Assembly (NCBI GenBank): GCA_041659505.1
Contig: JBAZYF010000001.1
Span: 566,712 to 630,711, forward strand
DNA length: 64,000 bases
DNA from: Parcubacteria group bacterium
Lineage (GTDB): Bacteria > Patescibacteriota > Minisyncoccia > Moranbacterales > UBA2206
Direction: 5' to 3'
Part shown: one piece after another, positions 9,820 through 19,564 of the stretch
Position numbering within the stretch: position 1 is the first letter of the stretch
How the letters are laid out: the number at the start of each line of letters is the position of its first letter
The notes under the pieces: model-generated
Database searches by the model: none
What the model was told of the DNA's origin: nothing
The model's input: the letters and a program-made list of their open reading frames with translations, nothing else
Made by a program: the position numbers and the translations under genes

Positions 9820-10502
9820 GTATCGTAAATCTTTTGGCTTTCGATGATGATGGCGATCTCTTCGTCGTAGGAAACCATCCCGATCTTATTTCCCCCATAA
9901 ATGACCATCTCGATTTCGATCTTGAATTTATCTGATGGGACAATTCGGCTTTGGAAGAAATATTCATTTTCATCTTGGGAGACAGTGCGCAGTTCCGGAC
10001 TACTGGGAAAAAGAATCCGAGCCCAAATCTTCTTTTCTTTACGCTTGGGAATGAAATGGCTCATGAAATAGTGGTCAAAGTCGAGGAATTTCTCGTTGAG
10101 CGTGCCCAGCATCTCGCTTCCAGGGTGTTTGAGAACATCTTTGAAAACTTCACGATAGGCTTCGCGGCCTTCAAAAAATTGAATTTTAGGCTTCTTATCG
10201 ATCAAATTGGTGAAAGCCAAAAGCTCCGGCATGACTTTGTCGAGGGCTTTTTGTTTTTCCTCCAGCATTTCTGCGAGTTTTTTGGGGTTTTGAGCGAAAC
10301 AAATGGCCACGCCGTTTCGCACGTAGCTGTTCATGAGGCCTTTTTCTTTCAAGGACTCGACGGCCAGATAGGTGGTTGTGCGCTTAACTAGGGACTTTTT
10401 GGCCAAGCGGTAGACGCTCGTTTCGCCCAATTCGAGAGCCGCCAGGTAGACTTTGGCCTCATTTTCAGAAAGGCCGGTTTTTTTGAGTTCGTCTAAATGC
10501 AT
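9762..10502 (-). CDS. TrmB-family transcriptional regulator
   Basis: Start re-placed at MHLDELKKTGLSENEAKVYLA; KPKIQFFEGRE linker; paralog of 5024-5746. Confidence 0.9.
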   Translation of the reverse strand: MHLDELKKTGLSENEAKVYLAALELGETSVYRLAKKSLVKRTTTYLAVESLKEKGLMNSYVRNGVAICFAQNPKKLAEMLEEKQKALDKVMPELLAFTNLIDKKPKIQFFEGREAYREVFKDVLKHPGSEMLGTLNEKFLDFDHYFMSHFIPKRKEKKIWARILFPSSPELRTVSQDENEYFFQSRIVPSDKFKIEIEMVIYGGNKIGMVSYDEEIAIIIESQKIYDTQKGFFEVIWEASLAKIPT

Positions 10503-10741
10503 AAAATGTGGTGTTATAGCGGATACTGTCATCAAAAGTGACGACAATATCATTATAGCATATGCTGTCAAAAAAAGCAATAGATAAGCCAAATAAAGCT
10601 TGGTTAGGTTTGTCTAAAATTTGACAATAGTCCGTAACTATGGACTAGTTGCCCAAAAAATGGTATACTACGCTGTTAAGATAAAACAGGGAAAAAGAAA
10701 GCCAGCTAAATCTTAACAAACTAAACATTAAGCCAAAAACT

Positions 10742-10942
10742 ATGAAAATGATCTTGAATAATGGAATGGTTGTAGGAAACGCTCCAATGATGTCAGAAAA
10801 AACCAGACGATATCTCAGTAACCTCTGGCACTTTCCTTCCAAAGCAGAAGCGGAGAAAGAGAAAGAAAAATACTACTCATTTGAATACCGCAGAGAGATC
10901 CACCGCAGAGCTGACCAGACTGAAGCCGTGATCGAGCCGTAA
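10742..10942 (+). CDS. small hypothetical protein
   Basis: 66-aa ORF divergent from TrmB, downstream of a TTGACA promoter at 10621. Confidence 0.45.
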   Translation: MKMILNNGMVVGNAPMMSEKTRRYLSNLWHFPSKAEAEKEKEKYYSFEYRREIHRRADQTEAVIEP

Positions 10943-11188
10943 ATTCTAGTGGAAAACAGAAAAAGCTTCTGTTTTTCCTAGAGTTTATCTAAATCCTTAG
11001 ATAACTCAGTTATTTAAAAAATTAATATTCAGCTAACACTCTCTCCAAAAATGGTTTTGGATGATGTCAGATAGCAATAATATCTGATGTATTAAGGAGT
11101 GGAGCAGAAAACAATATATTTTGCTTTCTGCTGGCTGAAAAAGTTTGCCGCCTGAATCGGCGGGGTAGAAATGGAGCAAGGAGATTTT

Positions 11189-11560
11189 ATGAAAAGAGTA
11201 TTATTCTTTAGTGGATCTTATGCAGCTTATAATGTGAAAAGAATAGCTGGACTTATCGAAAGATTGGGGTATGAAACAATTATACTCTCTGGCTCTGATG
11301 AGTTGGAAGGATTTCCTCTGACCGAGGTAAGCGTGGTGGTTATTGAGGAATGTAGTTGTTCTTCGATAGGGAAGGAACTGGCAGAGTTTCTCAAAAAACA
11401 CCCAATAGTACCTATGGTAAGAGGTGGCTGTAGTGTTCCTATGTGTGGGGAATTTGAATGGGGGAAAGACGATTTAAAAATTTTCGTGAAAATTCTTTCA
11501 GAGCTTGGTGAAAAGGAAGACATAATAAAATTTTTTAGCAGAGGGGAGGAGGAAAAATGA
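11189..11560 (+). CDS. degenerate receiver-like (flavodoxin-fold) protein
   Basis: MKRVLFF..alternating beta/alpha pattern resembling the neighbouring receiver; AAGGAG SD. Confidence 0.5.
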   Translation: MKRVLFFSGSYAAYNVKRIAGLIERLGYETIILSGSDELEGFPLTEVSVVVIEECSCSSIGKELAEFLKKHPIVPMVRGGCSVPMCGEFEWGKDDLKIFVKILSELGEKEDIIKFFSRGEEEK

Positions 11561-11895
11561 AAAGAGTCTTGGTAGTCGAAGATCACTGGATGACAGTCGA
11601 TAACCTTGTGGCAATTTGTAGGGAAGCTGGCTGCGAGGTAAAAGTGGCTATGTCCTTGGCGGAAGTCGAAGCTATGGCCAAAGAAAAATTTGACATTTTC
11701 GTCTGGGATTATAATCTCCCGGACGGAACGACTCTTGAGGCAATCAAGGTTGCAAGGAAAAGAGACTCTGAAGCGACAATGATAGCATCAAGTAGCGACC
11801 CTGAAAGTCGGTTGCTACAGGTAATAGCAGGTTGCAATATTGAAGTAGATCCGTATTCCATCTATGGGGTGCTGGAAAAGGAGGTGGAAAAATAG
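11557..11895 (+). CDS. stand-alone response regulator receiver domain
   Basis: VLVVEDH, FDIFVWDYNLPDG phosphoacceptor motif. Confidence 0.8.
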   Translation: MKRVLVVEDHWMTVDNLVAICREAGCEVKVAMSLAEVEAMAKEKFDIFVWDYNLPDGTTLEAIKVARKRDSEATMIASSSDPESRLLQVIAGCNIEVDPYSIYGVLEKEVEK

Positions 11896-12022
11896 TTCTT
11901 TAACCACAAATCGACTTCGAGCCAAGTCGTAAAACATGGCTCTTTTTTACGTGCCTAGGTAAATGGGGATATGTATAGAATGTGTATAATATATGTATAA
12001 ATTATACACGCGTGGTCAAGAC

Positions 12023-12117
12023 AAAATCTAGCGGAACAAGACTTTGACCGGTGAGAGAAATTTTTGGGCGAAGATTTTGGCTATGAGGAATTGAGAGTGG
12101 CGTAATTGCTTTTGTGA
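12023..12117 (+). pseudogene. second relic copy of recQ 3' end
   Basis: KSSGTRL*PVREI(+1 nt)LGEDFGYEELRVA*LLL* aligns to recQ KSGGMMLSPVREILGDDFNYDELRVARLFL*. Confidence 0.85.
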
Positions 12118-12266
12118 TTGATTTAGAGGCTACCCCTTGGTGGACGTTGTTGACTTTTTTCCTAAAATATGCAATCATAATCAATCATCTGTCGTTCTTT
12201 ACATTTATACTGCCCTAGAGATGATGCGGGTACTATACATAAATTTAGGCAAAATTGGAGGTGGAA

Positions 12267-13481
12267 ATGGACAAGGAAAATGTAAGCCAAAGGAAAAAAA
12301 TTCTTTGGGTAATGACGGGAAGTTTTTCAAGTCTTTGCAATCGTGGCTGTGCTCATTGTTTAGATAATGCTAATATGGAAAATGGATGTTACTTTTCCCC
12401 AAAAAATGCCGAACTATTGGCCAGCGAGATTAAAAGCGAGCAAGAACGATCTAGCGATGATGTCGATTCAGAGTTGCACCTTGCTGGTAATGGTGAAATA
12501 CTACTCAATCCGGATATTGTTGAAATATTTGATATCATTTTTGGACAAAATCAAAAAAATTCAGGAAATCTTGTTACGTCTGGAATCGACTCAAAAGCTC
12601 CTAAGGAAAAAGATCGTCTTCTTGAAATTCTCTCCCGCGAGTATGCTTCTCGGCTTTATTTCAATTTAAGCTTCAATCTATTCGAAAAGCGTTTTCCAAA
12701 AAGGCTAATAAGGACCCTAGAGCTTCTTTTTAAAAATGGGGTAAAAAAAGTCGGAATCATGATTTGCCAGCCTCGGCAGCGGACATTGCTTACTAGTTAT
12801 AAATTAATTTGGCTAATCTATCATTATTTTATAAGATGGGTCAGAGAGATTGATCCGCAAGCTTCCTGGGAAGAAATCTATGATTGTAATCTGGGAGAGG
12901 GTGTCAGCAGTGACGCAAAACACTTATCATACCTTGATTGCTCCCCAACCCTCTGGAGGCGTCACGATGGATTTTTAACCCCTGCCTCAACTGAATTGGA
13001 ATGTAATGGAGAAAGTTTGAGCATAAGATCGATTCCCAAAACGGAATTATTTCACAGTACCGTGGATATGCGTTCGATCCATATGAGAACATTGCGCTTT
13101 CTTACGAAATTTGGAGAGCTGGAAATAAAGATTAAGCCAAAATTTCTCGCTAAAAGAGGAAGGGCAATGAAGCTTGATGATCTTGGCTTTCCCGACAAAG
13201 GGCTATGCAATTTTCTGGCCGGATCTGATTATTCCCCTGTTCATTTTGGAGCAGATGGGAGTTGGTATCCAAATTGCGATTGTCCGATTTTGAGATCTCT
13301 GCGTATCGGGTATGTTCATGAGGATGTTCGGCAAGTTTGGCACAGACGAGAAACGCTGAGAAAACATCTTTTTGAAAAAATTATTTCTGACCAGCACGGC
13401 TACGCGGACATCTGTCAATTTTGCCAAAAAACCTCAACCCAATTGTATTATGAGTTGAGGAATAAACCATTACGTTGTTAA
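12267..13481 (+). CDS. radical SAM protein with SPASM/twitch-like C-terminus
   Basis: CNRGCAHC (CxxxCxxC); C-terminal C..ADGSWYPNCDC..IG..CQFC. Confidence 0.75.
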   Translation: MDKENVSQRKKILWVMTGSFSSLCNRGCAHCLDNANMENGCYFSPKNAELLASEIKSEQERSSDDVDSELHLAGNGEILLNPDIVEIFDIIFGQNQKNSGNLVTSGIDSKAPKEKDRLLEILSREYASRLYFNLSFNLFEKRFPKRLIRTLELLFKNGVKKVGIMICQPRQRTLLTSYKLIWLIYHYFIRWVREIDPQASWEEIYDCNLGEGVSSDAKHLSYLDCSPTLWRRHDGFLTPASTELECNGESLSIRSIPKTELFHSTVDMRSIHMRTLRFLTKFGELEIKIKPKFLAKRGRAMKLDDLGFPDKGLCNFLAGSDYSPVHFGADGSWYPNCDCPILRSLRIGYVHEDVRQVWHRRETLRKHLFEKIISDQHGYADICQFCQKTSTQLYYELRNKPLRC

Positions 13482-13564
13482 TAACTGTTAAATTTAACAA
13501 GCACAACGAAAGGCCAGGGGAAACCATGGCCTTTTACGTTGGGTAAAAATAATATCCCAAAAAA

Positions 13565-16500
13565 TTAAAACATCTTCTTCTCTTTCACCAAACTCAAATA
13601 CAACGCCGGAACAATAAAAAGCGTGAGGAATGAGGAAAGGATAAGTCCAAAGACAATTGTGCTGCCCAGGGCTCGCCAGGTTTCGTTGGAGAGGGTGATG
13701 GGGATGATGCCAAAGATTGTGCAGATCGAAGTGATGAAGATCGCTTCGATTCTGGATTTGCCGGCATCAACGACGGACTCGAAAAAGGGAATGTCGCTTT
13801 TGATGTTCAAGTTGATCTTGTCAATGAGAATGATGGCGTTTTTTACTACGATGCCAAACAGCGCGAGAATTCCAATGAGACCGGGGAAACTCAAAGTGAT
13901 TTGGAAAATGGCCATGCCGATGAACACGCCGATGAGGGCGAGCGGGAGGGTGACTAGCACGATCATAGATTGCTTGAATGAGTTGAATTGAATGATGAGG
14001 GTGGAGAGAATGAGCGCCATGGCGATGACCATCGCGTTAATGATTGACGTGACGGACTCGGCGTTTTGTTCGTTTTCACCGCCATAGACGATTGAGTAAC
14101 CGTCTGGCAGGACATAGTCGCTGGCGACTCTTTTTTGAAATTCGCTCACGACCGAGGCGGGAATGGTTTTGCCTTCCACGCCAGCCGAGAGGAGCACGGC
14201 TTTTTTCTGGTCAATGTGTGTGATGGTTCCCACGGAGGGCTTGAGTTCAATTTTGGCGACGTCCTTCAAAAAGACCGGTTGACCTTTGAGGTTGGTGATT
14301 TCCATATTTTGGACTGCCGCGAGATCAGGCAATTTATCTTCCGAGAAACTGGCGTTGACATCAATTTCTTTGGTATCACGAATAACGGTGCTGATTTTTG
14401 TTCCGGAAATGGCCATGCGGATTGTGGAACCAATCATGGAGGCATTGAGGTCATAGAGTTCCATTTTTGCGCTATCGAGCATGAAAGTATATTCAGCTGG
14501 AGCGGATTTGAGTGAGGTGTCAATGTCCACAACGCCGGGAATGTTTGCGAGTATTGGGCGCAGATCGCCAGAAATTTTGTCGAGCACTTGCAGATCATCC
14601 CCGATGATTCTCGCTTCAAAAGCACTGCCAGCTGGTGGCCCGCCACCAGGGGACTCAACCTTGATGGTGACTCCGGTAATTGAATTCATATCCTCGCGGA
14701 TTTTTTTAGCCAAGTCATAGGAAGTGATTTTTCTCGCGTCTTTGTCTTTGAGGGCAAGTACAATTCCACCTAAGTGTGAGACGCTACCGGAAACTCCACC
14801 GCCTGTGCCGTCAGGCGAGATGCCCGGGCGACCGATCACGGTGGAAAAATTATCAATCTCGCCATATTTCAAAAGTTTTTCCTCCATTTGCACAGCAAGT
14901 TTGTTCGTTTCAGCAAGATTTAGTCCGATGGGCGCTTCAAAAGTGAGATAGATATTGTCTTCGTTGGAAGCGGGGAAAAATTCTGTTTTCACAATACCAG
15001 TAATGGGAAGCGCAATGGCGAAAAGAAAAAGAGCGAGCGTGACAAAAATCAAAGTCAAACGGCGTTTTTTGGTGGAGACAAAGACACGCAGATATCTTTC
15101 ATAGATCGGAATGACCGCGTCAAAATGAACGATGCCATGGATGAGGCGAGAGAAAAAATTTTCATTTTCGCAAGTTCCCTGACAACGCAACTTTTCCTTG
15201 ATCGCTTCATCGCTTTGCCATTCGCGGTCCATCAGTTTTTGGTTTTCAGCCAACTTTTTTCGCCCATCGCGCGCGTACCATCTGCCGAGGAAAAAGAGAA
15301 TGACAACAAAAATCGCGCCAATAATAATCGTATAGACATTTTTTTGCCAAAAAAGAAAGGCAGCGAGAGCGCAGAGGAGCGTGAAATAGATCCAAAAAGC
15401 TTTTTTAGTGAGACGAATGCGCTCAAGCACGGCCGCGAGAGGGTGGTTGATCATGAGAGCGATAAGGAGAGACGCAATCAGTGTCACAGAAACAGTGATC
15501 GGAATGGATTTGATGAAAGAACCGATGATTCCGGTGGCAAAAAGCAGGGGCAAAAAGGCCCAGGTGGTGGCCAGTGTTGTTGAGGTGAGCACAACTTTGA
15601 AGTCACTCAGCACCAAAAGCACGGCTTCTTCTGGGGTGAATTTTCCGGTTTTCAAATATTGCTTTGTCGCGCTCACAACCACAATCGCATCATCAACCAA
15701 AAGTCCGAGCGCCAAGATGAGAGAAAAAATGGAAAGAAAATTAAGCGAAATTCCCGTGAGATTCATCACGCCAAAAGTGGCAAAGAAAACCAAAGGAATG
15801 GCGAGCCCCGCCACAATCGCTTCTTTGAGTCCGACGATGAGAAAGAGTGTGACAAAAACCAAAACCAAAGTGATCAAAAAGTCGTGGGTCAGTTGGGTGA
15901 AATCTTTTTGAATTAGTTTGGAAAAATCAGTCGTAGCGGCATATTGCACGCCCGGTGCAAAAGTTTTGATTTTCGCGTCAATGACTTCTCTTGCGCTCGC
16001 AACAGTGTCAATAATTGATCCGCCAGTTTTTTTGATAATATCAATATTGACCGCTTCTTTCGGCTCGGAGCCCGCAATGGAAAAACGCGAATAGACGGTG
16101 CGTTTGATCGCTCTTTCTTCCACGGTTGCAATGTCTTTGAGGTAAACAATAGCATTGTTGTCGCCATGGAAAACGGGAATATCGCCAAGCTTTTCGGCAT
16201 CAAAAAAACGATTATCGGTGCGAATGGGATAGCTAAATTCGTTGCCTTCAAAATTTCCGCCCGGAAAAGCGACATTTGACGCGGCGACCGCTTGATTGGC
16301 CTGTGTCGCTGAAAGCCCATAGCCGGACAATTTTTGCGGGTCATAGGCGATGGAAAATTCCCGCTCGTCTCCACCGGAAACTTGCACTTCGCGCACACCC
16401 GGCAATTTTTCCAATTCGTCTTTGATGTCATCGCCGTAGCGACGCAAGGTGAACCCGTCATAGGGTCCAGTGAGCGAGAGGGAGAGGATTGGCGTGTCAT

Positions 16501-16975
16501 CAAAAGAAATTTCGTTGAGTTCCGGGTCATTGGCATCCGTTGGCAAGTCTTTGATAGACGTGAGCTTATCACGCAAACGTCTGATGGCATCATCTTGATT
16601 TTCGCTCGTGTCAAATTCAACGGAAATGGCCGAAAAAGAATTGGAGGAACTGGAAGTGATTTTTTTGATGCCTTTCACGCCGGAAATTCCGGTCTCGATT
16701 TTTTTGGTCACCAACTCTTCCACATCAGTCGGGGAGGCTCCAGGATAGGTGGTGGAGATCATTGCAAAGGGAACTTTGACTTCCGGGTTAGATTCACGAG
16801 GTAGTTTATTGTAGGAAAAAATACCCCAGCCGGTGAGAAGGACAATAAGGAGAACTACCACGCGAAAATTGACCACAAAAAAATTGAGCCAAGTTTTGCG
16901 CAAGGACGGCTTAAATTCCAACTGATCTAGGTAGCGTTGGTCGGATGATTTGTGTTTAGGGGTTTGGTCGGACAT
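13565..16975 (-). CDS. RND efflux permease (AcrB/AcrD/AcrF family)
   Basis: GLLVDDAIVV, GIVVKNAIILID motifs, many TM segments; start re-placed at MSDQTPK. Confidence 0.95.
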   Translation of the reverse strand: MSDQTPKHKSSDQRYLDQLEFKPSLRKTWLNFFVVNFRVVVLLIVLLTGWGIFSYNKLPRESNPEVKVPFAMISTTYPGASPTDVEELVTKKIETGISGVKGIKKITSSSSNSFSAISVEFDTSENQDDAIRRLRDKLTSIKDLPTDANDPELNEISFDDTPILSLSLTGPYDGFTLRRYGDDIKDELEKLPGVREVQVSGGDEREFSIAYDPQKLSGYGLSATQANQAVAASNVAFPGGNFEGNEFSYPIRTDNRFFDAEKLGDIPVFHGDNNAIVYLKDIATVEERAIKRTVYSRFSIAGSEPKEAVNIDIIKKTGGSIIDTVASAREVIDAKIKTFAPGVQYAATTDFSKLIQKDFTQLTHDFLITLVLVFVTLFLIVGLKEAIVAGLAIPLVFFATFGVMNLTGISLNFLSIFSLILALGLLVDDAIVVVSATKQYLKTGKFTPEEAVLLVLSDFKVVLTSTTLATTWAFLPLLFATGIIGSFIKSIPITVSVTLIASLLIALMINHPLAAVLERIRLTKKAFWIYFTLLCALAAFLFWQKNVYTIIIGAIFVVILFFLGRWYARDGRKKLAENQKLMDREWQSDEAIKEKLRCQGTCENENFFSRLIHGIVHFDAVIPIYERYLRVFVSTKKRRLTLIFVTLALFLFAIALPITGIVKTEFFPASNEDNIYLTFEAPIGLNLAETNKLAVQMEEKLLKYGEIDNFSTVIGRPGISPDGTGGGVSGSVSHLGGIVLALKDKDARKITSYDLAKKIREDMNSITGVTIKVESPGGGPPAGSAFEARIIGDDLQVLDKISGDLRPILANIPGVVDIDTSLKSAPAEYTFMLDSAKMELYDLNASMIGSTIRMAISGTKISTVIRDTKEIDVNASFSEDKLPDLAAVQNMEITNLKGQPVFLKDVAKIELKPSVGTITHIDQKKAVLLSAGVEGKTIPASVVSEFQKRVASDYVLPDGYSIVYGGENEQNAESVTSIINAMVIAMALILSTLIIQFNSFKQSMIVLVTLPLALIGVFIGMAIFQITLSFPGLIGILALFGIVVKNAIILIDKINLNIKSDIPFFESVVDAGKSRIEAIFITSICTIFGIIPITLSNETWRALGSTIVFGLILSSFLTLFIVPALYLSLVKEKKMF

Positions 16976-16981
16976 ATGATG

Positions 16982-17026
16982 TTCTCTACGAATTACGAAT
17001 TTATACGAATGTACGAATATACAAAT
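16982..17026. repeat. TACGAAT-type short repeat tract
   Basis: TACGAATTACGAATTTATACGAATGTACGAAT; related tracts at 26660-26742, 36051-36165 and 41026-41098. Confidence 0.75.
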
Positions 17027-17043
17027 ATCTTGCCGGAGTGGGT

Positions 17044-17213
17044 TTGCCTGCTGGCTGATAGGCAGGCAAGCTCGTTCCTGCGTAATCCACCTCATCCGGC
17101 CTTCGGCCACCTTCTCCTTGGTAAGGAGAAGGGCATTCTTTCGTATTTTGTCCCCTCTCCTTACTAAGGAGATTTTACCTTCAACGATTTGAAGGTAAAA
17201 GGGTGAGGTGGAT
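17044..17213. repeat. cluster of palindromic REP-like elements
   Basis: TTGCCTGC..GCAGGCAAG, then an inverted doublet CCACCTCATCCGGCCTTCGGCCACCTTCTCC .. GGGTGAGGTGG with a nested hairpin. Confidence 0.8.
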
Positions 17214-18287
17214 TTAAAGTTTCACCTCCACCGCATCCCCATCTTTGAGCGACTTATTTCCTGAAACAATAATCTGTGTATCTTTTGGCAAATCTAACTT
17301 AACCTCAGCAATCTCACCAGTGATGTGATCAATGGTTAGATTGATTTTTTTGGCTTTGCCATTGGAGGCGATAAAAAGATAGCTTTCATTTTGTCCGACA
17401 GTAATCGAAGAGAGGGGAAGCAGGATTGCGTCTGTTTTTTGAGGTTGCTCTGTGATGTTCAGAGAAACATTAATAATCGTTCCGCTAAGCAAAGTATTTT
17501 TTTCCAACGGCGCTGCTTCGATTAGAAACTTTTTTGTCGCAGGGTCTGCTTGAGAGGAAATGTTGGTAATTTTTGCGCTAAAAGTTTTTCCGTCATTATC
17601 AGTTAGACTCACAGTAAGACCAAGGGAAAAATGGAAAAATTGCTCTTGGTCAACAAAAAACTGCACTTTTAGTTTTCCAGTTTTGCTAATCGTGGTGAGC
17701 ACGTCTCCCGCGGAAACACTGTCTCCCAGGGAAACTTGTTTTGAGGTAACGACGCCGGAAATTGGTGCGGTAATGAGGTGGGCGTCTAGTGCTCCGGAAA
17801 GAGCGATCTGAGCATCTTCATATTGCCTCTTGGCAATGTCACGCGCACTGCGGTTGGCAAAGCTATCAACTTTTTTGTAATTATTTTCAGCCAGTTGTAA
17901 AGATTCTTTGGCAATTCGCACGGCTTGTTCCAACGCTTGAATTTGTGCGCTTTGGAAATTATTTTTTCCTGCCTCAGAATTGTTGCCGGTGTCATCAATT
18001 TTCACGAGCGTTTGACCTTGGGCGACATTTTTCCCCAAATCAAAGTTAATATTTGTGACCGTTCCGCCAGATTTGGCGGTAATCTTCGCTTCATCTTGTC
18101 CCATCACCGTCGCGGGGAAGAGTAGGGTTTTTTTGAGCGTGGCGCTCTGGGCAATCGTTTGCACGCCGACCGGTGTTGCAGTCGCTTCGGGCGTCGCGGG
18201 AGCAGAGCTTTGTGAGTTGGATTTTTGATAGCCCCAAAAAGCAATGAGGGCGAGAACTAAAATGAGAGGAATGAGGATTTTTTTCAT
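17214..18287 (-). CDS. RND efflux membrane fusion protein
   Basis: N-terminal TM, lipoyl-like halves (ITAKSGGTV..G..V..GQ.L; ITAPISGVV), upstream of the permease. Confidence 0.93.
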   Translation of the reverse strand: MKKILIPLILVLALIAFWGYQKSNSQSSAPATPEATATPVGVQTIAQSATLKKTLLFPATVMGQDEAKITAKSGGTVTNINFDLGKNVAQGQTLVKIDDTGNNSEAGKNNFQSAQIQALEQAVRIAKESLQLAENNYKKVDSFANRSARDIAKRQYEDAQIALSGALDAHLITAPISGVVTSKQVSLGDSVSAGDVLTTISKTGKLKVQFFVDQEQFFHFSLGLTVSLTDNDGKTFSAKITNISSQADPATKKFLIEAAPLEKNTLLSGTIINVSLNITEQPQKTDAILLPLSSITVGQNESYLFIASNGKAKKINLTIDHITGEIAEVKLDLPKDTQIIVSGNKSLKDGDAVEVKL

Positions 18288-18447
18288 AAAAATAAGTTAA
18301 ATTAAGTTAGCCACTCGACTTTGAATTTTAGGTGAAATTGGCTTTTTTGTCAAACAAAATGAGGAAAGAAAAAAGGCTTTCATTGTTTAGCATTGCTTTG
18401 CTATTCAATGAAAGCCCAGTGTTGTTTGGCCGATTGACTGTTTAAAA

Positions 18448-18675
18448 TTACCAGAGAGCGCAGGCGTCTCCTTCCTTGCATTGAAACATATCCAGAACTT
18501 CCCCGGCGATAGCGGCCTTCGTCTCATCGTCTCCTGTGAAAACCACCTTCCGAACGCCGTTACTGAAGTCAATTTCCACATCACAATTGTATTTGCGCGA
18601 CGCAGCCTTTACAATTCTGGCCATGATCTCCAGATTGGCATCCTCGATATTTATCGGAACCATATTCAAGACCAT
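18448..18675 (-). CDS. small hypothetical protein
   Basis: 75-aa ORF with GGAGGGAG SD, its own TTGACT promoter and a downstream hairpin. Confidence 0.6.
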   Translation of the reverse strand: MVLNMVPINIEDANLEIMARIVKAASRKYNCDVEIDFSNGVRKVVFTGDDETKAAIAGEVLDMFQCKEGDACALW

Positions 18676-18845
18676 ACTCCCTCCGTTATTTTTGCGTCAT
18701 TCGTTGATGACGCTGTTAGTTTTGGCACAGCCGGGAAATCCGGTGGCCATATTGAAAGTTTTAGCACGTTTAATCTGCTTAGTCAAAATAAAAACCGGAC
18801 TATTTGATTAATCCGATTTTTTGAGAAAACTAGGTTCTTGTGAAG

Positions 18846-19196
18846 TTACATTTTCTTGAAAGAAATTTTGTAGACCGGCTCATAGGCGTTGTCGTATTCA
18901 TCTTTAATCTCGACAGTCTTGCCTTCCATCAGAGTCGACATCGCCACATCGGTGATTTCCTGGTCGAGTTCTTCGGCTTTTTTCTTGAGCGCTTCCAGTT
19001 TGGCATAGCGCTCTCCCATTCGGCTTTGGGTCATGGCTTCAATTTGTTTTTTCTTCTCGCGCAGTTTTTTCAGTTCATCTGTTACTTCAACATAACCATT
19101 GGCGTTCATCAATGCATCGGTGTATTCTTTGCGAATTTCTTTTTGCTCTTTTTTTGTGACTTGGAGCGTGTCAAACAGGTCTTGGATGTTTTGCAT
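18846..19196 (-). CDS. hypothetical coiled-coil protein
   Basis: 116-aa helical ORF with core-like codon usage. Confidence 0.75.
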   Translation of the reverse strand: MQNIQDLFDTLQVTKKEQKEIRKEYTDALMNANGYVEVTDELKKLREKKKQIEAMTQSRMGERYAKLEALKKKAEELDQEITDVAMSTLMEGKTVEIKDEYDNAYEPVYKISFKKM

Positions 19197-19207
19197 TTAC
19201 TTTGATA

Positions 19208-19261
19208 CGACGTAGCCTCTTCGACCCGCCATAGCTTTAGCGGAGGAGGTTGGCGTAGTCG
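19208..19261. repeat. nested palindromic element
   Basis: CCTCTTCGACCCGCCATAGCTTTAGCGGAGGAGG inside CGACGTAG..CGTAGTCG; related copy in the amidase CDS. Confidence 0.7.
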
Positions 19262-19332
19262 ATTTTTAAAAATATTTATTAGCCACAAGATTGATGATAG
19301 CATAGATTTTTAAAAAGGGGAAAATATTGTTC

Positions 19333-19443
19333 GTAGAGACGCCCCGCTGGGACGTCTAGAGCCATAATTGATATCCAATGGGTTTGTAATTAAGGCGTGG
19401 ATTAGGGCAAAGCATCAAAGACGCCCCAGCGGGGCGTCTCTAC
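19333..19443. repeat. REP doublet (GTAG-type REPIN-like)
   Basis: GTAGAGACGCCCCGCTGGGACGTCT .. AGACGCCCCAGCGGGGCGTCTCTAC. Confidence 0.85.
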
Positions 19444-19564
19444 GAAAAATGCCTTCATAAAGCCAAAAATCCAGCACTTGACTTTTTAGTCAAAAAGTGC
19501 TATGATTACTTGATTAGAAAAATAGAAAATAATATAAAAAAACAACTGAAAAAGGAGAGGAAAA

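Noticed and set aside
16976-17110. 45-aa N-terminal extension of the RND permease in the ORF track
   Set aside because: It is translated repeat DNA; MSDQ at 16975 is the more plausible start.
19109-19303. 64-aa ORF overlapping the 18846-19196 start
   Set aside because: Mostly translated palindromic repeat, in a different frame from the real gene.
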